NCBI GenBank assembly: GCA_016196625.1
Contig: JACPXH010000007.1
Location: forward strand, 18,631-82,630
DNA length: 64,000 bases
Direction: 5' to 3'
From: Candidatus Parcubacteria bacterium
Lineage (GTDB): Bacteria > Patescibacteriota > Minisyncoccia > JACPXH01
Positions within the stretch are counted from its first letter, which is position 1. Every line of letters begins with the position of its first letter. The notes under the pieces were generated by a model, which searched no databases, was not told the origin of the DNA, and saw only the letters and a program-made list of their open reading frames with translations. This document shows positions 57,705 to 64,000 of the stretch, one piece after another. A program made the position numbers and the translations under genes.

Positions 57705-59188
57705 TCGCGAATATGCCCATGCGTTTAGCGGAGTTTACCATCGAGAAAATCCAATCCGGTCTGCGCCAGCGCGAGTTCTCGGCGGCAGAGCTGGCGAAGG
57801 CTGCGCTGGCGGCAATCGAGGATAAAAATGGCGAGCTCCATGCGGTGTTGGCGCCTCTCGCCTTGCAGGCGCTCGCTGCGGCCAGAACCGTTGATGACAA
57901 GATTGCCGCCGGAGAAGATCCCGGTTCGCTCGCCGGCGTACCCGTGGCGATCAAAGACAATATTCTCGTGGCCGAAGCGAGGGCGACGGCCGGCTCGAAG
58001 ATTCTCGAAAACTATATCGCACCTTATGATGCGACGGCGGTGGCCAAGCTTAAAGCCGCTGGCGCGGTGCTCGTCGCGAAAACCAATTTGGACGAGTTTG
58101 CGATGGGCTCGTCCACGGAAAATTCCGCCTTCGGTCCTACGAGGAACCCGGTTGATCCCGAGCGCGTGCCGGGTGGATCTTCCGGCGGGTCAGCTGCCGC
58201 GGTGGCGTCTGGAATGTGTTTGGCCGCGCTTGGCTCTGATACCGGCGGTTCCGTCAGGCAGCCAGCAGCGTTCACCGGTATTGTGGGGTTCAAGCCCACG
58301 TACGGTTCTGTCTCGCGCCATGGGCTCATCGCCATGGCTTCAAGCCTCGATGTCATTGGGCCGCTTACGCGTACGGTTGCGGATGCGCGGGCGGTCTACG
58401 ACGTAATCCGGGGGGTAGATGAGTTTGACGCGACAAGCCACAACAATAACCCAAAACCCAAGAGCGGATTGAACGGTCTTAAAATTGGCGTGTCGAAGGA
58501 GCACTTCATCGAGGGGCTCGACCCCGACGTTGAGAAAACGATCCGGCAGGCGATTGAGCATTTAACAACGCTCGGTGCCGACATCGTTGACGTGTCGCTG
58601 CCGCATACCGAATACGCAATCGCGGCCTATTACATCGTGATGCCCGCCGAGGCTTCCTCGAATCTGGCCCGATTCGATGGCATCCGCTACGGGCTCTCCG
58701 AGCATGGAAGTGGACTGCTTGAGACGTACTTACAGAGCCGCGGTCGCGGCTTTGGCCCCGAGCCGCGCCGGCGCATCATGCTGGGCACGTATGTTCTCTC
58801 GGCTGGCTACTACGAAGCTTACTACCGGAAAGCCATGCAAGCTCGTACGCTCATCCGGCAAGATTTCTCCAAAGCGTTTGAGCAAGTGGATGTGATTGTG
58901 TCGCCCACCTCGCCCTCGGTGGCTTTCAAGCTGGGCGAGAAAAACGCGGATCCCCTCCAGATGTATCTTGAAGATATTTTTACCGTGCCCGCGAATCTTG
59001 CGGGCATACCCGCTATTTCCGTGCCGTGTCCGCGTGGGGCTGTCGAATCTCGTAGCGCGGGTGCTGTTTCAGGGCATGAGCTGCCCGTGGGGCTGCAGTT
59101 CATGGGTTCATTCGGTGCGGATGATTTGCTTTTAGATATCGCCGCAGCCTATCAGGCGAGTTACGGCCGTTCGCGCAATTCTTTCTAA
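57701..59188 (+). CDS. gatA: Glu/Asp-tRNA amidotransferase subunit A (amidase signature)
   Basis: GGSSGGSAAAVA amidase signature, Ser-cisSer-Lys triad context; 4-nt overlap with gatC. Confidence 0.9.
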   Translation: MIANMPMRLAEFTIEKIQSGLRQREFSAAELAKAALAAIEDKNGELHAVLAPLALQALAAARTVDDKIAAGEDPGSLAGVPVAIKDNILVAEARATAGSKILENYIAPYDATAVAKLKAAGAVLVAKTNLDEFAMGSSTENSAFGPTRNPVDPERVPGGSSGGSAAAVASGMCLAALGSDTGGSVRQPAAFTGIVGFKPTYGSVSRHGLIAMASSLDVIGPLTRTVADARAVYDVIRGVDEFDATSHNNNPKPKSGLNGLKIGVSKEHFIEGLDPDVEKTIRQAIEHLTTLGADIVDVSLPHTEYAIAAYYIVMPAEASSNLARFDGIRYGLSEHGSGLLETYLQSRGRGFGPEPRRRIMLGTYVLSAGYYEAYYRKAMQARTLIRQDFSKAFEQVDVIVSPTSPSVAFKLGEKNADPLQMYLEDIFTVPANLAGIPAISVPCPRGAVESRSAGAVSGHELPVGLQFMGSFGADDLLLDIAAAYQASYGRSRNSF

Positions 59189-59228
59189 TATACTAGTGTA
59201 ATAGAAATCATCAGGAGAAGTTTCTAGC

Positions 59229-59435
59229 ATGCCTGAACAAGATGTTTTTGGGACAATTCAGTCTTTTCTCGCCGCACCAGTCGCGGCTGTGAGCCTCACG
59301 TTGCTCAAATGGATTTCGGCCGTTGTCTCTATCGCATTCCTCTACGGCATCATCTACGTGATCATCAAAAAACTCCAAGAGCAGGCGAAGGCTAAGCGCG
59401 AGAAAGAGGAGCGGTTGAGGCAGCAGAAGCTCTAA
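59229..59435 (+). CDS. small membrane protein (68 aa)
   Basis: one TM + Lys/Glu-rich tail; followed by perfect 11-bp hairpin gcgccccgccc/gggcggggcgc at 59480-59508. Confidence 0.3.
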   Translation: MPEQDVFGTIQSFLAAPVAAVSLTLLKWISAVVSIAFLYGIIYVIIKKLQEQAKAKREKEERLRQQKL

Positions 59436-59521
59436 AGTTTCGTTTTGGATGGAGTTGTTGTTTACCGGCTGAACGATCAGCGCCCCGCCCAAATGGGCGG
59501 GGCGCTCAAACGTTTCGAGTG

Positions 59522-59575
59522 GGGCGGGGACGACGGGATTTGAACCCGCAACCTCTGCCGTGACCCCGCACCAAA
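59522..59575 (-). pseudogene. tRNA-Asp 3'-half-like fragment directly downstream of tRNA-Asp
   Basis: GTCACGGCAGAGG..CGGGTTCAAATCCCGTCG parallels tRNA-Asp GTCACGGAGG..ACGGGTTCAAATCCCGTCG but lacks D-arm and has different acceptor. Confidence 0.45.
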
Positions 59576-59582
59576 ACCGAAG

Positions 59583-59658
59583 CGCTCGCGACGGGATTTG
59601 AACCCGTGGTTTCCTCCGTGACAGGGAGGCGTGTTGGACCGGGCTACACTACGCGAGC
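59583..59658 (-). tRNA. tRNA-Asp (anticodon GTC)
   Basis: acceptor GCTCGCG/CGCGAGC, anticodon stem CCTCC/GGAGG loop CTGTCAC, T-loop TTCAAAT. Confidence 0.88.
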
Positions 59659-59727
59659 ATATATTTTGTACGGGGCAGGCAGGGCAGCGCTTTGAGCCGC
59701 TAAGCTACGCCCGCATTCTGGTTTGTA

Positions 59728-59803
59728 CTGGTAGCGGTGGAGGGATTCGAACCCCCGACCCATGGCTTATGATGCCACTGCTCTACCGCTGAGCTACACC
59801 GCC
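59728..59803 (-). tRNA. tRNA-Met elongator or Ile2 (anticodon CAT), CCA encoded
   Basis: acceptor GGCGGTG/CACCGCT, D-arm GCTCAGCGGTAGAGC, anticodon loop ATCATAA, T-loop TTCGAAT. Confidence 0.85.
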
Positions 59804-59950
59804 ATTCTGAACATCATCTAGTGTATCCCAGGTGTTTGGCACCGCGCAATTGCAGGGAAGTAGTCAACCTTCGCCGCAAAAAAGAAAGGCTCCGATCCCG
59901 AAGGACCGGAGCCCAGTGCCGAAGGGGGAGCGACGCTCCCCGTCGAAGTT

Positions 59951-60376
59951 CTACCTGCGGAGCGGTTGGCCGAGGAGACCGCCGTCAGTGCTGGCGATCA
60001 AGGCCGGAGCCGGTTTCGTCGTAGTATCGATATCGCCGTGGGCCGTGCCAGTACCCGTGCATTCAGCGAGTCGCCAGTGCGGACTCGATGATATGTCAGC
60101 CGTGAGGCCGCGCAGGGTCGCCGTCGCCGGAGCAGTCACAGTAACCGGAATCGCCGCCGTCATGGTCGTCAGGCCGTCGCGCTGGAAGGATGTCCAGGTG
60201 GCCATGTATTGGGGAACCGTAATCCAGACCGTGATGTCGATGTCGCCGCTGGCGGTTATGTTGACCGTCAGGATCGGCTCGCTGCCGGGATTCATCGTGT
60301 CGGTGGCGATCGCCGGCGGCGGAGCCGCAACGAACAGAATGGCGAGCAGTGCGATCGCGAACAACGCGCGTCTCAT
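59951..60376 (-). CDS. hypothetical secreted protein
   Basis: GGAGG SD, signal peptide MRRALFAIALLAILFVAAPPPAIA; preferred over overlapping + strand ORF. Confidence 0.5.
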   Translation of the reverse strand: MRRALFAIALLAILFVAAPPPAIATDTMNPGSEPILTVNITASGDIDITVWITVPQYMATWTSFQRDGLTTMTAAIPVTVTAPATATLRGLTADISSSPHWRLAECTGTGTAHGDIDTTTKPAPALIASTDGGLLGQPLRR

Positions 60377-60498
60377 GCCCCCTTCCTCCTTCCTGCAGAG
60401 CGGAAAAGAGTTTACGAAGAGCCGGTTGCCCGATGCGTTACCCTCCTTTCTCCGATTTGTTTAAAAGACCATTACGCAACCCGAAAAGCTGCGTACTC

Positions 60499-61011
60499 TC
60501 ACTCTACAGTAGCTTGCCGTAGTTGGCAAGCGGCGTTGTCCACAGCAGTGGCCATGTCGTTCTCTGACAGGGTTCTTTCCAGCAGGTCGGATTCCACAAG
60601 AGCTGCCTTGATTCGGGAGAGCGCGGCATTCAGTGGTGCGTCGTGATCGGCGAGCTCGGCGATCTTCCGACAGGCGTGCAGCACGGTGGTGTGATCGCGG
60701 TTTCCGAACATCGCTCCGATGGCCGAGTAGGACCATGTGAGCTCGGTTCGTATCAGGTACATTGCGACTTGACGCGCGAGGGCAGTACGTCGCATCCGCG
60801 ACTTGCCGGTGAGCTCTCCCGTTTGGAGTTCGAAGGCAGCCGCGGTTACCCCAAGAATACCCCTTCCGCTTCTCTTAAACACCTGACCTTTCTTGGCGCT
60901 TTCGGCCTCCTGATTGGTACGTTGGACAGAGAGGCAACACTCCCGAATGAAAAGCCGGAGTGCGGCTCTTGCCGCAGGCGGGAGCTCTTGGAGCAGCTCT
61001 GCATCAGTCAT
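60499..61011 (-). CDS. DnaA C-terminal (domain IV) HTH-only protein
   Basis: LARQVAMYLIRTELTWSYSAIGAMFGNRDHTTVLHACRKI almost identical to DnaA domain IV signature; no AAA+ domain. Confidence 0.7.
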   Translation of the reverse strand: MTDAELLQELPPAARAALRLFIRECCLSVQRTNQEAESAKKGQVFKRSGRGILGVTAAAFELQTGELTGKSRMRRTALARQVAMYLIRTELTWSYSAIGAMFGNRDHTTVLHACRKIAELADHDAPLNAALSRIKAALVESDLLERTLSENDMATAVDNAACQLRQATVE

Positions 61012-61020
61012 GGTGCCCTC

Positions 61021-61428
61021 CTAGTTGACTCGCCGGGACTTATCCTGCGCTCGGCCCAGTTCGCTGACCTCCACTATGAGCTCGGCGATTGCCCGCTGGG
61101 TTGAACCATCGGTGAGGGCCTGCTCGACCAACCGTATTCCCGCATCTGAATACATTGCGGCGATCGTCGTGAGGAAACTCACAAGGTCAATGTCGGTGGC
61201 GAGCACAGCTCGACCCTTCGCTTTGGCGAGATCGTTGGTTTCGTCAACGACTTGCTTCCGGAGCGATTCAATGCATGCCTCGATGAATTCAATGAGCTTT
61301 GCTTTTGCCTCCGTACTCAACGACCGCGAGTAGGCTTCTCCCTGCATGGTTCCCTCCCTTTTCGGTTTCAGAAACCAATAGCATGCTTTGTAGCTGCCGG
61401 TCAACCGGCAGTTCTTTTCGCAAACCAC
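61021..61428 (-). CDS. hypothetical protein co-oriented with DnaA-domain-IV genes
   Basis: ORF; likely start MQGEAYSRS. Confidence 0.35.
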   Translation of the reverse strand: MVCEKNCRLTGSYKACYWFLKPKREGTMQGEAYSRSLSTEAKAKLIEFIEACIESLRKQVVDETNDLAKAKGRAVLATDIDLVSFLTTIAAMYSDAGIRLVEQALTDGSTQRAIAELIVEVSELGRAQDKSRRVN

Positions 61429-61535
61429 TGTATAGCGGCCTATCCATCGGCTGTATCTATTTGTATTGTTGGTGGGGATAGCGCGTTCTAGCGGTAAAGC
61501 AAAGCGCCTGCCGGGTCCTAGCGGATCGGCAGGCG

Positions 61536-62030
61536 TTAGCTGGCAGCCAGAGCGGCCCTGATTTCCGAAACCAGCTGCTGGATATACGGTTCGTTGAGGC
61601 GCGTCTCAATCTTGCGCAGGCCATAGGTCGTCATAGCATTGTCCGAGTGACCAAAGGCCTGCGAAATCGTGTCGGGTGTCCAGCCTAGGTCGGCTGAAAG
61701 CAGGTACATGACCAGGTGTCTGGCCAAAACGAAGTCTTGAATTTTGCTTCGGCCAAGGATCGCCTCCGGCTCAACGCGACAAACCTCGCCGACTGATCTT
61801 AGGAGCTGCTGGGCGCGTTGGTCGGAGGTGAGAAGTTCAGCCGGTAGGTTATGCATCGGCCTCACTTCGGCGGCGCCATCAGCTCCACCGTTCCCATGGC
61901 AGTAGCACTGGTTCCCCCTGTTGTACAGGCCCAGGGGCTTTCTGCATATTGTGCACCGGCGCTTTGGCTGAGGGGCTGGAGCTGTGCGTGCATCTTCAAG
62001 AACCGTGAGATCTACAGAGAGCTTATCCAT
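61536..62030 (-). CDS. zinc-finger + divergent DnaA-domain-IV-like HTH protein
   Basis: CTICRKP..CYCHG Cys cluster; FVLARHLVMYLLSADLGWTPDTISQAFGHSDNAMTTYGLRKIE. Confidence 0.5.
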   Translation of the reverse strand: MDKLSVDLTVLEDARTAPAPQPKRRCTICRKPLGLYNRGNQCYCHGNGGADGAAEVRPMHNLPAELLTSDQRAQQLLRSVGEVCRVEPEAILGRSKIQDFVLARHLVMYLLSADLGWTPDTISQAFGHSDNAMTTYGLRKIETRLNEPYIQQLVSEIRAALAAS

Positions 62031-62214
62031 TTCTTCCTCCTTTCCCGTGGTTGCTACTATATAGCATTTTCGTCTTGTCTACAACTTTAGGCCACCGGTC
62101 GGTTGTCAACGGCCTTTACGGAGTAACGCTTTGCAACCAACAGTTATCTATACTACAATATAATGAGATTCGTGGAGGTACGATTTTATTAATATCTATC
62201 TCACAAGACGGCCT

Positions 62215-62580
62215 ATGAGGCTTTTCGAAAGAAATACGAAAAAGAAGTGGGTCCTCCACTTTATGGTTTTCCCCTCTAGGCGCACGGGGTGGTATACAGC
62301 CGTTTGTTTCGAACTTGCGCTGGTACGCGAGGGTCAGGAGGCTTACCGCCTGATACAGCAAATAAACAAGATTGCCCTCAGGTACATGCAATCTGTGATA
62401 AAAAGTAATTTGAGCGATGAATTACTGAATCAAAAGCTACCCCAGCGTTACCTAGCAAGATATAAACAAGCTCAAGCTAAAGAGGTTGAAGCATTGAAAT
62501 TGAAATGGGAGGGTATTGTCCGTGAATTCATTTGGCGGCGAAGTTCTCGCTCATCTCGTCCCATTGCTATCAATGTCTAA
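62215..62580 (+). CDS. HicB-like (UPF0150) antitoxin candidate
   Basis: WVLHFMVFPSRRTGWYTAVCFELALVREGQEAYRLIQQINKIALRY fits HicB N-domain pattern; AT-rich. Confidence 0.35.
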   Translation: MRLFERNTKKKWVLHFMVFPSRRTGWYTAVCFELALVREGQEAYRLIQQINKIALRYMQSVIKSNLSDELLNQKLPQRYLARYKQAQAKEVEALKLKWEGIVREFIWRRSSRSSRPIAINV

Positions 62581-62908
62581 GAAAGAAGGTAATCGGCTAG
62601 GTAACCCGCCGCATTACAATGTTGGTACATGGGAGCCCTCGCTTGTCGAGGGTTTCCTTGTAGCTCATGGGTTTGAGCTTGTGAGCATTGATGGCGACGA
62701 CGCTCTATGGAGGGGGAAGGCACCAAGTGGCGAGGACGCACAGGTTGCGTTTCCGGTGAGGAGACTACAGTTAACGCCTGGCACTATGCGCGATTCTGTA
62801 ATGCGGCACTCTGGTTACGATAAGAAGCACTGGGATCTTTGGCGTTCTCTCGGTAAACGTGAGCGTAAAAGCGCTAGATGCTGTTTTTTCAGAGAAGGTA
62901 AGGTCTAA
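62516..62908 (+). CDS. HicA/YcfA-like toxin candidate (lacks canonical GSH His)
   Basis: LVAHGFELVSIDGDDALWRGKAPSGEDAQVAFPVRRLQLTPGTMRDSVMRHSG fits HicA fold pattern; overlaps upstream ORF by 65 nt. Confidence 0.3.
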   Translation: MSVNSFGGEVLAHLVPLLSMSKKEGNRLGNPPHYNVGTWEPSLVEGFLVAHGFELVSIDGDDALWRGKAPSGEDAQVAFPVRRLQLTPGTMRDSVMRHSGYDKKHWDLWRSLGKRERKSARCCFFREGKV

Positions 62909-62970
62909 TCCAGAGCGTCAAAATAAACTCTTCCGACCCCCTTCAAATCCCACCCTACACGGTACAGAAA

Positions 62971-63003
62971 CGCTCACCACCGAAGGGGTGGTGAGCGTTT
63001 GTT
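62971..63003 (+). terminator. Rho-independent terminator (cgctcaccacc-gaag-ggtggtgagcg + tttgtt)
   Basis: perfect 11-bp stem, 4-nt loop, T-run. Confidence 0.65.
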
Positions 63004-63007
63004 AGTG

Positions 63008-63081
63008 TTGCGGGGGTGGGATTTGAACCCACGACCTCAGGGTTATGAGCCCTGCGAGCTACCAGACTGCTCCACCCCGCG
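63008..63081 (-). tRNA. initiator tRNA-fMet (anticodon CAT)
   Basis: near-identical to E. coli tRNAfMet: CGCGGGGTGGAGCAG..CTCATAA loop with GGG/CCC stem, C1:A72 mismatch, TTCAAAT T-loop. Confidence 0.9.
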
Positions 63082-63160
63082 ATAGTGCACGCAGGGTCAT
63101 GATAACGCACGGTTATTCTCTTGTCTATAGGCCGTCTTTCCCCTAAACTGAAAACGAGTC

Positions 63161-63535
63161 ATGACACTCAAGGCATATGGAGCTGTGCTTGCGGCCGTTG
63201 CGGTGCTGGGTTGGGCATCGGTGGCGACTATTCTATTCGGTACGAGCGCGGTTGCGGCAGGCCGCACGGGGACACTTTTATTTTTCGTGAGCGTCGGACT
63301 GGCGTTCGCGAGTTCATTTACCTTCGTCGGTTTGGTCCTGCGACGGCATACCATTGGACATGAGACGGCGGTAGCCGCGAGTTTGCGTCAAGGGGTACTG
63401 CTCGCCATATTTGCCGTCAGTCTCTTGTGGTTGCAGGCCGAGCGGCAGCTTACGGTCTTGACCGGCGGACTTGCGGCCGCCCTCACCATTGCGTTTGAAA
63501 CTATTTTTCTCTGGCGGCCATGGAAGAAAAGTTAA
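63161..63535 (+). CDS. small 4-TM membrane protein
   Basis: 124-aa hydrophobic ORF. Confidence 0.4.
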   Translation: MTLKAYGAVLAAVAVLGWASVATILFGTSAVAAGRTGTLLFFVSVGLAFASSFTFVGLVLRRHTIGHETAVAASLRQGVLLAIFAVSLLWLQAERQLTVLTGGLAAALTIAFETIFLWRPWKKS

Positions 63536-64000
63536 AGCATCTTGGCGAACAAGCCCGTGCTGATTTGCAGGTGGTTGGGCGCGCCTCTGATCTTGAGGCG
63601 TGGCGCGTGAAGTATTTGGGTCGCCAGGGGGCGCTCGCAAAATTCACGGCGGGCTTAGGCACGCTGGCCGAGGCCGAACGCCGGAAAAACGGCCAGAAGG
63701 TAAACGAGCTAAAAGCACGACTTGTCGAATCTTTCGAAGAAGCGAAACGTTCGCTGGTGCAAGAACGCGCTGTCCATAGATTTGATCTCACGCAGCCGGG
63801 CAAGCGTTCGGCTAGAGGCCACCTGCATCCGCTTACCAAAATGCGCTCTGAGATTGAGCACATTTTTGAGACGATGGGGTTTGCGGTGGCGGATGGGCCT
63901 GAAGTGGTGAGCGAATACGACAACTTTGACTCACTCAACATGCCCCCGGACCATCCGGCGCGGGAGATGTGGGACACGGTCTGGGTGCGTAGCGCCCAGA
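63520..64000 (+). CDS. pheS: phenylalanyl-tRNA synthetase alpha subunit, 3'-truncated by window edge
   Basis: MEEKLKHLGEQA.., HPLTKMRSEIEHIFETMGF, DNFDSLNMPPDHPAREMWDT; ORF-track minus ORF 63501..63977 is its shadow. Confidence 0.8.
   Translation, partial: MEEKLKHLGEQARADLQVVGRASDLEAWRVKYLGRQGALAKFTAGLGTLAEAERRKNGQKVNELKARLVESFEEAKRSLVQERAVHRFDLTQPGKRSARGHLHPLTKMRSEIEHIFETMGFAVADGPEVVSEYDNFDSLNMPPDHPAREMWDTVWVRSAQ

Larger units (their letters stand above)
59810..63005. mobile_element. putative degraded integrated element between tRNA-Met and tRNA-fMet (DnaA-domain-IV paralogs, secreted protein, HicB/HicA-like pair, AT-rich right end)
   Basis: gene content atypical of core genome, GC drop 62040-62900, flanked by tRNA genes whose 3' ends face the segment; no integrase seen. 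Confidence 0.4.

Noticed and set aside
59832-60464. 210-aa + strand ORF after tRNA cluster
   Set aside because: It overlaps the minus-strand ORF 59951-60376, which has a GGAGG SD and a canonical signal peptide. The + ORF has neither.
62516-62908. Confident HicA toxin call
   Set aside because: The fold-pattern resemblance is present but the catalytic GSH His is absent and the gene order (HicB-like upstream) is atypical. Reported only as a low-confidence candidate.
63501-63977. 158-aa minus-strand ORF at window end
   Set aside because: It is a shadow of the + strand pheS start (conserved PheS motifs are read in + frame from 63520).

Overview
This 64 kb window is GC-rich (roughly 60% GC by eye), coding-dense bacterial DNA. 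The gene content is consistent with a reduced-genome, CPR/Patescibacteria-like organism: type IV pilus, ComF and housekeeping genes, with little biosynthesis. That placement is inference only.

Housekeeping genes:
- gyrA, 5'-truncated at the window edge, carrying the C-terminal end of an intein (nt 1-94).
- valS, tsaD, the hldE kinase domain, recG, a clpC-like ATPase, comF, ligA, gatC and gatA.
- The start of pheS at the 3' edge.
- Nine tRNA genes: Leu-TAG, Glu-TTC, Arg-GCG, Ser-GCT, Ser-TGA, Asp-GTC, Met-CAT, fMet-CAT, plus tRNA fragments.

Accessory and notable content:
- A roughly 15 kb type IV pilus locus (40.2-55.2 kb): pilM-N-O, the pilB ATPase, an embedded CheY-like receiver, pilT, pilC, three major-pilin paralogs, the pilD prepilin peptidase, three minor pilins, and an 800-aa PilX-N/Fn3/LamG tip protein.
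- An AT-rich island (31.6-36.7 kb) between tRNA-Ser(GCT) and tRNA-Ser(TGA). It carries a large serine recombinase and two nested pairs of roughly 100 bp near-perfect inverted repeats built from tRNA-Ser flank sequence. One pair brackets a secreted-protein gene, so this may be an invertible segment.
- A second putative island (59.8-63.0 kb) between tRNA-Met and tRNA-fMet, with two DnaA-domain-IV-only paralogs and a HicB/HicA-like pair.
- An orphan Pup-like gene (C-terminal YVQFGGE) with no pafA, dop or proteasome gene in the window. This is the most unexpected single gene.
- Two tandem TrbC/VirB2-like pilin genes.
- A PaaX-like regulator, a VanW-family protein, a PrsW-family protease, a CsrA homolog, and a glycan cluster (GH1, a clan-A glycoside hydrolase, a GT2 synthase).
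- Repeat families: a palindromic roughly 85 bp in-frame insertion in tsaD; three copies of an AT-rich palindromic intergenic element (core TTGATTTGTCATTTGGATTTT); two copies of a roughly 180 bp GC-rich MITE-like structured repeat.

No CRISPR array, rRNA, RNase P RNA or tmRNA signature was found.

Coordinates for tRNAs and repeats were read by eye and may be off by 1-2 nt.
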